From Callorhinchus milii (Eukaryota), in the NCBI RefSeq assembly GCF_018977255.1, contig NW_024704743.1:5458001-5522000 (forward strand): 64,000 nucleotides of DNA, in the 5' to 3' direction. Made by a program: the position numbers and the translations under genes. Within the stretch, counting starts at the first letter, position 1; the number at the start of each line of letters is the position of its first letter. The notes beneath the pieces are model-generated. The model worked only from the letters and a program-made list of their open reading frames with translations, ran no database searches and was not told the DNA's origin. Positions 38,231 to 48,600 of the stretch are shown here, piece after piece.

Positions 38231-41200
38231 AAGTAAGGAGGGAATCGGGATGCAGTCCAAAGACAGAAGTGGGGAGAATGGCTGAAAGCATACAAGTCGA
38301 TGGCCGGGTTACTCTTTTACAATGTTATAGTAATGCGATAACAATTATAGCACAGCCTAACCCTTTCCAGCTCAAGGCAATAGCAAACACAATAAGGTGC
38401 ACTGAGACTCAATCGAGCCCAGTATGAGAAATAGGACATACAGCATTGATGTGGATTTTATTATGACTACAGAATAAACCCTTTGTCCAGGTCACTCACA
38501 TGAACTAGCTGGTGACATTTACAAATGTAAGTGTGCCCAAATAACAGCAGCCCTGGCAGGGAAGGCTGAATACTCTGCTTGTGGAAATTAAGCAAACATA
38601 ATGAGACAAATTGCCAAAAATGTGGATTAAGCCATGTTAATATCTCCTCAGAAGAGCTTTTCAGTTGCATCTTATAAACTTTTCTATCATCCAAGATGCC
38701 AAACTTCCACAGCTCACTGACCACTTATGCATTTCCTGGTGGCATCAGGAACGAGACATTTGTAATAACTTGACATTTGTGATATCGCTCAGTTACTCTG
38801 AATCTGATTATCTCCCAACTGCAGAGATGTCCAAAACATCTGCACAATACTTCACAATAGCACTGATGTGGATTTTATTATAACTACAGAGTAGACCCTT
38901 TGTCCACGTCACTTGTATGAACTACAACTGTGCAGCATTTCTAACCTAGCTGGTGAAGAGTGCAAGATTACGGATGAGTATTTGGTACGTCCTCCGATGG
39001 AAAAGGGGTTATATTAAATGTAAAGGTTATTTTTGTTGTTATTACTACCATAAGTGACGCAGCAACATACAGCAACACTTTATATACCCTTTCTTTGGAA
39101 TTTCATCTGCATTATTTACCAACTGTGGGTATCACAACCAGACTCTCACTCAATCAGAACTCGTGATTTATAAACTAGAATCCTATTATAAAATATTGTG
39201 TCGTCCTGTCTCAGTTCGTAGCTGAGCCTCTGAGAAGTTTGTGGGTTCAAGCCCCGCGACAAAACTTTGAACCCATATTTTCGGCTGACACTCCAATACA
39301 GTCCTGATGCCCTCCACCCCTCCTGATCCCAACCTGCTGCTCGGATCCAAATCCCTGACTGTCCAGTGCATTTTGAGACATTTTGACATGATGATGCACA
39401 ATACCAAATGCAAGGATTATTATTATAAATAATCCTTACATTTGATGCCAAGGGCCAAAATGTCAAAACATCTCATAGTGTTTCATGGATAATTCCTGTT
39501 TAGTATAGTGATTGTGTGTTTGCACTTCACAGTATATTCTGTGAAGTGCTTTGAGATGTCTCAAAGACATGATATCTTAAATGCAAGGATTATTATTATA
39601 ATGCACCATCCAGTCTAACAATAATCCTTGCATTTGATGTTGTGTTGCGACTTTGATATTGGTATGATTCTCAAAACACTTAATAGAATTCATTGTAAAG
39701 TGTAGTGACTGTATTTTGTATGCGACTGCCTACAAATTTACACAGCAAAGTACCTCAAAGAGCAATGAAGTGAATGACCATTTTATCTGTGGGATTGTTA
39801 GCCAGGGCAGAAAGAGAAATCCCCTTCTCTTTTTGGATGTTAAATGGGATGTTTAGTGTCAAATCTGATTAGTTAGACAGGATTCTCAGTTTAATGACTC
39901 ATCTGATAATTCTCCAGCACTGCAGTGTCAGCTATACTGAAACCTCAAAGCATTAAAAGAACACGTTTTAGGAAAATAGATCACTAAAGGAAGAGCATCA
40001 TCATTGAGCATTTTTAGGTTCTGCTGTGAAGTATGAACTTTCCACATGGTCTTAGCCTTAAGACCAAATTCTTAAATTGTAAGTGTGTACAGAATTGTGG
40101 AAATTCCTTAAATTCCTTCTTAATTTTGAAGCTTGTGCTTTTGTTCAATACTGCACTCAGCGCAAAAGAGAGATGGAATCTTTTTGTTTCAGCTTCAGAG
40201 GATTTTGTCCTGCAGCAAAACAAACTAAGTCTCCAGTTTAAGAACAATTTTTTTTGAATACCCATTTTCAGTTCAGTCACTTAAACATTTCAAATTCGAA
40301 GCGCTTCGAGAAGCAACAGTTTGATAAAAGTGTCACAAATGAGAGATTGGTTTTATTCCAGTCACATTCAGATCAGTGAAAATCACAAGACAAACACATC
40401 GAAAAAGTTAGTTGCTGCCACTCATTTGAATTTCAAAAAGTACCTTCTATCAAATATCTAAATAGATCGTAGTCAGAGTACCCTAATTCTTGCAGACACC
40501 ATAAAAACATTCCAGAGAACCGTCAGAAGTGCCGGAACCACAAATGCTGCATTTTGCAATATGTGATCCGATCACCCGGTCACCAGGATAGCTTTTGAGG
40601 AGCACAAACCGGTGTAACAGATGTCGACATTGGCTCCACCCCAAACCTGCCCTTAAGTTTAGGAGGAGGGGGGCGAGGAGGTGTGGAAATCTGACAGTGC
40701 TAATTTTCACACGCTCTCAGCTGTCGACTCTCCACGCTCAGCTACCAACAGGCAATCGTCGAGAATGAGGCTTTTACAATTTGTGACACTCCTCGGGGGG
40801 GGGGAGGGGTTGAATCCGTTTCACAGCAACCTGCCAACCAGCTGCCAAACGCATGGCAAGCGTGGTTTGCAGAACAGAGAGCGTGGTTCAAGTTGATGTT
40901 CCTGCAAAAACAGATACGGTACTGTGTATTGCAAATGAATGAATGAATGAATGGATGAATGAATGGATGAATGAATGCTGCCCCACTGCAAAAGTGGGAA
41001 GTATAATGAGTACAGTACGACAGCTAAAAATTTACAGCGTTCGAAGTTTGCTTTTCCAACACCCACAGCAAAGAGAGCGCTGAGTGCTGATAGCACAAGG
41101 CTGGACTGGTCCACCTTGAGCAGGAACACGCTTTCTCGGAACACTTCAGGCACTGCGAAAACAAACTCCTGCACTTCCTGATCATCTGCAGCGGACGGGC

Positions 41201-41270
41201 ATTTTGCGCCGATAATGAACGACACACAGAACGGCTGTATCTCCGGGGAGCGATCCTGAATCAAATCACC

Positions 41271-41412
41271 GTCAGTCCCTCGCTCGACGGGTCAGTCAGA
41301 CCCTCGCTCGACGGGTCAGTCAGACCCTCGCTCGACGGGTCAGTCAGACCCTCGCTCGACGAGTGAGTCAGTCCCTCACTCCACGAGTGAGTCAGTCCCT
41401 CACTCAACGGGT
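41271..41412. repeat. 24-bp minisatellite (gtcagtcagaccctcgctcgacgg), about 6 units
   Basis: Direct tandem units visible; gives the SSEGLTDP pseudo-repeat in the ORF track. Confidence 0.92.
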
Positions 41413-41571
41413 CAATCAGTTGGTCTCTCACTCTATGAGTCACTCAACCAGTCGGTCCCTCAGGCAGTCAGTCAGTCAGTCAGTCCCTCAATCAAAGACA
41501 GGAGTGAATTAGTGAGATGTCAGATTGACGGTGAAACTCGAGTTAACAATCGCCGGCACCGCCATGAACTT

Positions 41572-41890
41572 CCCCCCCACCCACACAGCCAGACACCCAC
41601 ACAGCCACACACCCCCCCACCCACTCACACACACACACAGCCAGACACCCACCCAGACACCCACCCACCCACACAGCCACACACCCCCCCACCCACTCAC
41701 ACACACAGCCAGACACCCACCCAGACACCCACACACCCACACAGCCACACACCCCCCCACCCACTCACACACACACACAGCCAGACACCCACCCACACAG
41801 CCAGACACCCACCCACCCACACAGCCACACACCCCCCACCCACCCACTCACACACACAGCCAGACACCCACCCACCCACACAGCCACCAC
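41572..41890. repeat. CA-rich complex minisatellite
   Basis: Repeated cacagccagacacccac / cacagccacacacccccccacccactcacac blocks. Confidence 0.92.
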
Positions 41891-42039
41891 TGGACCGGCG
41901 GCCCACCTGGCGGCAGCTGAAAGGTTCCCTTCTCCTGTGCTGAGCAGCCTGGGGTGGGGGCGGTGGTAATAAGAGAGCAGCAAAGCGACACCTCAACGCC
42001 TACTCCCTCTCCCTCTCTCCCCCCCTCCCCCTCTCCCTC

Positions 42040-42915
42040 CCTCACTCACTCACCCAGGACGGCAGGTCCGAGCTCTTGATCTCCTCTCGGAAGGTGTCTT
42101 CATGCTCCAGGAAGGCCAGTGCCCGGGACAGGCGCGAGCGCTTGTTGCCCCGGTTCCTCTGCCACCAGAAGAAGAAGAAGAGGCCGACCAGCACCCAGCT
42201 GAAGCTCAGGCCCAAGTAGCCCAGCGCGTAGACCGGGAAGATGATGACAAAAGTCTTGGCGAACTGCAGCAGGATGCCGGCCACGTCCACGCTGATCAGC
42301 TGCTGCGGCGGCTGCTGCTGCTGCTTGGAGTGCTGCTGCGGCTTCGGGATGGCTCCTTCATCCACCACGCTGGCCTGGCGCTTCCTGGCGGCGGCGGCGG
42401 CGGCGGCAGAGGCGCCCGGTTCCTCGGTGACGGTTGGCGCCGCGGCCGTTGGTCCCTGGACGCTCATCGCGCGCTCTCTCGCTCTCTCTCTCCGTGTGTG
42501 TGTGCGCGCGCGCGAGTGTGTGTGTGTGTGTCTCGTGCGGGTGGGCTGTCTGTCAGGTGGTGGGAGAGGGGGGGGGAAGAGGAGGAGGAGGAGGAGGCGC
42601 CGCTCGCGCGCGCGCTCTGTCCTCAGTCCCCCTCAACTCGCGACCTCTTTCTTCCTCCTTCGCTCGCGCTCTCCTCTCGCGCTCGCGCTCAACCCCCGAT
42701 CCTCGCGCTCATCCCGCCCGCCCGCTCCAGCCTCGCTCGCCAACCAGCCGGCCAGCACCTCGCTCCTGACGTCTCACGTCACGTTCCCTCCACCCCCCAC
42801 TCCGCTTTGACGTCGGACGTCACTGACCTCCGCCCACTCCGACGTCAGAGGTTAATGCCCCTCTCTGACGTCACATCGTTCATAAGCCACACACTCCCCC
42901 CTCTCTGACATCATC
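42040..42915 (-). promoter_or_regulatory. CpG island / ESYT2 promoter and 5' UTR
   Basis: Very GC- and CpG-rich against a CpG-depleted background, with many CGCG runs, (GA)n/(CA)n/(CG)n tracts upstream of the ATG and a perfect CRE TGACGTCA at 42866-42873. Confidence 0.85.
42054..42467 (-). CDS. ESYT2: Extended synaptotagmin-2, first coding exon (138 codons; N-terminal tail plus ER membrane hairpin)
   Basis: Translation ...LISVDVAGILLQFAKTFVIIFPVYALGYLGLSFSWVLVGLFFFFWWQRNRGNKRSRLSRALAFLEHED...SDLPSW matches the ESYT2 signature (PVYALGYLGLSFSWVL...RALA.LE.E...DLP.W). The exon ends in phase 0 at TGG|GTGAGT, where vertebrate ESYT2 exon 1 ends before VHFPD. ATG has G at -3 and lies in a CpG island. 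Confidence 0.93.
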
Positions 42916-42917
42916 AT

Positions 42918-42953
42918 CAACAACAACAACAACAACAAACAACAACAACAACA
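42918..42953. repeat. (CAA)n microsatellite between the promoter and the L2
   Basis: caacaacaac... about 11 units with one slip. Confidence 0.9.
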
Positions 42954-42959
42954 ATCACA

Positions 42960-45271
42960 GCACCGTGACCCCTGCCCTACAGCGGCTTGAGAGAGCGTTG
43001 ACATCGTGGCCTTAACGGAAACCCGGCTCACCCCGGGCCACACCTTCCCCCTCACGGAGGCCACACCACCCGGCGACACCTCCCACCACATCCCTCGCCC
43101 CAACCGCCCTGGCGGTGGTGTAGCCCTTATCTCAAGGGCACCACTTGCCCTATCCCCCTACTCCTCCGGCTCGTTCCCCTCTTTCGAGCACCTCAGCCTC
43201 TCCCACCCCTCCCATCTCTCACTCAAAATCCTCCTCCTCTACCTCTCCCACCTTCATCTCCGACATTTCTACCCTCCTAACATCTCTCTGCCTCTGCTCT
43301 GATCGCCTCATCATTTTGGGCGACTTCAACCTGCACTTCACCCCCTCCTGCTCCACCTCCTCGGACTTCTCCTCCCTCCTCTCCTCGCTCAACCTCTCCC
43401 TCACTTCAACTCCGCCACTCACGTTCACGGCCACCCACTCGATTTGCTGATCACCCCGGCCTCAGTGTCTTGGATGTCACCATTACCGATAAGGCCATCT
43501 CCGATCACCACTTCATCTCCTTCACCACCTTCACCCCCTCCCCACCTCCACCAGACCCACCACCATCTTCTACCGCCCCTGGAAGAAGTTACTCCCACAC
43601 TCTCTAACCGCTGCCTTGGAGTCCTCTGAACTCTCCCTCTGGCCTTCATCCCTCACTGACCCCTCTTCTGCTCTCACCCTCCTCTACAACACCCTCTCCT
43701 CCACACTCGACACTTGCCCCCATCACCTTCTGTACTGTCTCTTACTCTCGCTCCTCCCCCTGGTTCACCACCCACCTCCGCTCACTGAAGAGCCAGGTGC
43801 GGGCCGCTGAACGCACCTGCCTCAAATCTGGCCTAACGGTCCACCGGCAAATCTGGCTGGACCTCCTCAAAATCTACCGCTCCACTCTAGCCTCGGCCAA
43901 GTCGTCCTTCTACTACAGGATAATCCTGGAGGCGAAGAAGAACCCCAGGCTTCTGTTCTCCACCACATCCCGACTCCTCCGTCCACCCCGCATAGGTCAT
44001 CTCCACCAACCTTCACTGCGAGGAGATGCTGGATTTCCTTGAATCCAAAATCAAGGGAATCCACTCCACGGTCACTGCCCCTCCAACTTCCACCCACCCC
44101 CCACCCCTTCCTCCCACACTCCGACTCCTACCCTCCCTTACACATCTTCAAACCCGTTTCCCCACCCTCTGTCACCAACCTCATCCTGTCCTTGAAACCC
44201 ATCCCCACTCCACTCCTTATCTCCCAGCTCCACCTCCTTGCCCCACTTCTCACAGACACCATTAACCTGTCCCTCTCCTCTGGCTCTGTTCCCATTCCCC
44301 TCAAAACTGCCACCATCACTCTAAAAATAAAAAAACCCTCCCTTGATGCGTCACAGCTATCAAGCTACCGGCCCATCTCCAACCTTCCCTTCCTGTCCAA
44401 GGTTCTCGAAAGAGTCGTCGCCTCCCAGCTGCGCTCTTTCCTCTCCACCCGTTCACTTTTTGAACCCCTCCAGTTGGGTTTCTGTGCTGCCCATAGCACG
44501 GAAACCGCCCTGGTCAAGGGCACTAATGACATCTTGACCATCTGCGACCAGGGCTCCCTCTGCCTCCTCGTCCTCCTCGACCTATCGGCCGCATTCGATA
44601 CGGTCGACCACTCTATCCTCCTCCACCGCTTGTCCTCCCACCTCAACCTTCAAGGCCCTGTCCTTGAGTGGTTTAGGTCCTACCTCTCCCACCGTCTTCA
44701 TTTTGTCTCCGCTAACGGCTTTTCCTCCAGCCCCCGCACTGTCTCGTGCGGCATCCCTCAGGGCTCTGTCCTCGGTCCCCTCCTCTTCACCCTCTATATG
44801 CTCCCCCTGTGGTGACATCATCCGCAGACATGGGGTTAACGTCCACATGTATTCGGATGACACCCAACTCTACCTTTCCTCCTCTACCCTCAATTCCACG
44901 ACCACCGATGTCCTGACAGCCTGCCTGTCCGACATCGAGTCCTGGACGAGAGACAACTTTCTTCAGCTCAACGTGCGCAAAACTAAGGCCCTCCTGATTG
45001 GCTCACATCAGCGCCTCCGCACCTCAGGCGCTGACAGCATCAGCATCCAAGGCTGCTTCCTCCCTTTCCTCCTTCAAGGCCGGTCTCAAGACCTTCCTCT
45101 TCAACCGTGCCTTCACCTCCCCTCTTGACTCTCTACCCCCTCCTCGCTCCCTCCCTTCCCTCCCCTCACCCTGACCATTTCCCCCCTGCTCGGTTCCTGA
45201 CCCAACTGTCCAGCGCCTTGGACGTCCTCCCGACGTGAAAGACGCTCTATAAATGCAATCTTATTGTTGTT
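42960..45271 (+). mobile_element. L2-clade LINE, 5'-truncated and frameshifted ORF2 (APE + RT) with internal deletion and 3' tail
   Basis: APE motifs DIVALTET, GGGVALI, IILGDFNLH. RT motifs SYRPISNLPFLSKVLERVV, HSTETAL, LLDLSAAFDTVDH, GIPQGSVLGPLLF, HMYSDDTQLY, LQLN..KT. Jumps to the 3' UTR at about 45055 and ends gacgtcctcccgacgtgaaa...(TTG)n. Confidence 0.93.
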
Positions 45272-45501
45272 GAGCGAGGCCATGGAGGGCTTTGAAAGTG
45301 AGGACCAAGGTCTTGAACTGTATCCTCTGTGATGGAGAGCCAATGGAGTCAGGCGAGGGTGGAGGTGATAGGGTCGTGGAGTCTGAGGCAAGGGAGGACA
45401 TGGGATGTTAAAGCTCCCCCCACCCCGTCCCAGATGTCAGATGTCAATGCACCCCTCATGTCAGACGTGAATTTTCCCCCTGACGTAGACATTAATGCCC
45501 C

Positions 45502-45677
45502 AATAAAACCAAAATGCTGCAGATGCTGGAAATCTGAAACCAAAACAGAAGTCGCTGGGAACACTCAGCAGGTCAGGCAGCATCTATGGAGAAAGGAAAG
45601 TGGGTAAACGTTTTTGTTCCATGACCCTTCGTCAGAACTCCTGGCGCTCTGATGAAGGATCATGGACTCGAAACGTT
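45502..45677. mobile_element. Third copy of the hammerhead-bearing Penelope-like element
   Basis: Same arm. Back-to-back motifs: - strand degenerate, + strand CUGAUGA-A-GGAUC(AUG)GACUC-GAAACGUU at 45649-45677. 14-bp TSD gacattaatgcccc / gatattactgcccc (12/14) at 45488-45501 / 45678-45691. Confidence 0.7.
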
Positions 45678-48600
45678 GATATTACTGCCCCCTCTGACAG
45701 CAGATGGCAGGGGAGGGAGGGTTGAAATTGGCGCGAGCCTTATTTCAATGACTCCTAGCACCAGGGAATGCTCACTCGCTTCCTCGAAGGATGCATCCTG
45801 CCCACCTAATTACTTACTTAACAACAACAACTTGCATTTATATAGCGCCCCTCATGCATGGTAGCATCCCAGAGCGCTTGACAATACCCCGAGCTGGGGT
45901 GGAGGGGTAGGTGACTGTAGGCACGGTTGAATACGAAGGTCTTCAGGCGTGACCTGAAAAAGGGAAGGAACGGGCAAAGCGGAGGGATAGAGGAAGAATA
46001 TCCCAGAGTTTCGGGGCATAGTGGCTGGAAGTGCGGCTACCAATGGTGGAACAGAGAGCACGGGGGACACGCAGGAGGCTGGAGCCAGTCAAGTGCAGGC
46101 AGCGAATTGTGGGTTGGAGGGGTAAGCAGGTCGGAGAGGTAGGGAGATGCCAGCTGGAAGCAGGCTAAAATTAAACACCCCGAAACGAATGACAGTCATT
46201 TGACACTGACAGAGAAATCCCTGTCATGTAATTTGATGTATTTTTGGGGGGGGGGTCATCAGGATGTCTGACAAGTGGAAATACTTACATCCTTACACCA
46301 AACCAGCTACAGGTGGAAATTTCCCTTTGTCTGGAATTGAGAAACTTAATGTAAGTTAATAATTTTTAAAATCCTTGTATTCGTGAGCCAGGAACACACC
46401 TGACGGGACATTATTGTTACAATGTCAGGAATGCTCCCAGTGGATTGCAAACAATCTGGATTTTGTATTTTTATGAGGATGGTGAAGTTGAGAGGCCATC
46501 GGAGGAGTTTAGTTTAGGGTTAGGATACGCGATTCTTGCTAACAGGTAGTGTGAGAGGACACGGACTAAGTCCCATTCTCTGGTGAAAGGCTCTGGGAAC
46601 AACCCACTTTAAAATTAATGATGACATTAGTTGGAAGGAGACCTGCCTCCCTATTGAGAATCGGCCCTTAAATCCCTCATCTAATTTAAAAGAACTTCGA
46701 AGTACGCTATTGTCGACCTCGTCCCCTTCCCTCCGAATTCAATATTAATCACATCAAAAATGGATGTGGATGTACAGGAGCCTGACCCTCTCCCACCTTA
46801 TTATTATTATTATTATTTTATACCATCGTAACTGATTTTAGTTCCCAGTATCTGAGTACATGATGGCTATTTGAAAAGAGAAAGGAGTTTCTCCACTATC
46901 CTGGCCAACAATCTTCCAGATAAAAAAAAACTTCACTTCATGACTATTTGTGGGACATTGCTGTGCCAAACTGGCTGCCACAATACACTTTACAGTCTAA
47001 CCTGTGAAGCGCTTTGAGACACCCTCCAGACATGAAATATATCAAATGCAAGTATTATTAGTTTATTAATAATACTAATAACCTGTTGACTATTCATTAA
47101 CACCTGAAATTAAATTTATGGTAATTTAATAATTAATTCTTAATCAGTTTTATAATATCTCTCTGAAAATGCTTTCAGATGTCTAAAACAAATCAACTGT
47201 TTCTCTCAGGAAAGCCTACCAGGACAATCTTAATATGGAGCAATGTATCCCTGCTCCACTTGGCTGGCATTGCACTGTGTGTTTTACAGGTGAAAAACTC
47301 CAGGAATGTCATCAGGGAAACGGTATGACATTTAAAAAGAAACAGAAAGAGGCCAGCTCTAAGAATGAGGCCAAGTTATTTTTACTGAAAAGGAGCCTTA
47401 TTTTTCACCCTGTGAATGTATTCAATGAGCATCAATTGGTGCAAAGTGGATTGCCAGCAAAACTCAAGTTGTTTTATTCTTAGATCAAATTACTCAAGTC
47501 GCTCAATTTCCAACCTTTGAGCTAAGATATTTGTCTTTTTCAGTTACCTGACATACCTGACTGAGCTCGTAGTCAAGGCTGACACTCCAGTACCGTACTG
47601 TACTAGGGAAGCACTATTAGAGGCTTCAGCTTTAGGAAGAGACATTAATCAGAGAGTCTAGAATTAAGTATGTTGTATATTTAATTTAAGTTAATTTAAC
47701 TTACTGGCACTATGTAGGAACCCGATTGTTAGTCAATTGGTGGATCGGTTTTCGGAGGTAATAATCCCTCTAAAAAATAAAAATAATAATTTGATCACTT
47801 AATCCATGACTGTTTGTGTGATACTGCTGTGCGCAATTGGTTGCTGAATTTCGTCCACAAAATGCACTTTACAGTATATTCTGTGAAACGCTTTAAGACC
47901 TTTCAACGACATGATAAGGCGCTATATCAAACGCAAGGATTATTATTATTATTATTCACCATTACTCAGGTAGTGTTCCAGGGGCTCCAGAACCGGGCAA
48001 ATTCTTAAATACAATCTTAATTTAGAAGCCGTTTTCCTGCAAGTTTTTTTTGAAGAACCGCAGAAAATGACTTTGTAGTTCTGACTGAATTCAATAAATT
48101 GCCTAATTCCAGGCATACTGAACTGCTACATAAATAGATTAGATTTAGATCTAGGTGGAACTTCTTTCCGTGGATAGTATTTCTAGTGGAGGTTCGATTT
48201 GCAATTTTTGAGTTTCTCTCAATCCGCAGTCTGTTTGAAAGACAGAATGCTTTTACATTCCTGAATTTCTCCAGCACTCTCCCTCAATGCCCAGTCCTCT
48301 CTTTGCAGATAGCTCACATTTCCAACTGCTGATTGTCTTCCTATTTTAGCATGGATTCGATAAAGAATTCTGGCATCAAAAATAATAGAACAAACCATTT
48401 TACGTTTTACACAGCTTTAATAATCAATCACATCCAAAATAGTCGGGTGAAAAGTGCATCCTGAGAATTAAGACTGGTGATAATTTTAATTCCGCCTTGT
48501 CGATTATCAATTTATTGACTGATTCGTGGTTGTGTCAAAGCTAACCACAGGAATTTACTGAGCATTTGCAGGCAAATGCGGCAGCTCAATTAGTGCAAAG

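Larger units (their letters stand above)
1..42053 (-). other. ESYT2: Probable part of ESYT2 intron 1 (exon 2 not found in window)
   Basis: Canonical GTGAGT donor at 42053. A manual search for a minus-strand VHFPD.ERAEWLNK-like exon found nothing, and the region is dominated by repeats. A short diverged exon could have been missed. Confidence 0.7.

Noticed and set aside
41271..41412. CRISPR-like repeat array
   Set aside because: Contiguous tandem units without unique spacers, in eukaryotic DNA with no cas genes.
42102..42908. 268-aa and overlapping + strand ORFs across the CpG island
   Set aside because: Antisense to ESYT2 exon 1 and its UTR microsatellites; stop-poor because of GC content; no recognisable domain.
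44039..44815. 258-aa RT ORF as an active LINE or a retron-like system
   Set aside because: Part of a frameshifted, 5'-truncated, internally deleted L2 copy.
45685..45710. Back-to-back CTCF-like motifs (acagcagatggcag)
   Set aside because: Weaker match that partly overlaps the TSD and array sequence; not enough to call.
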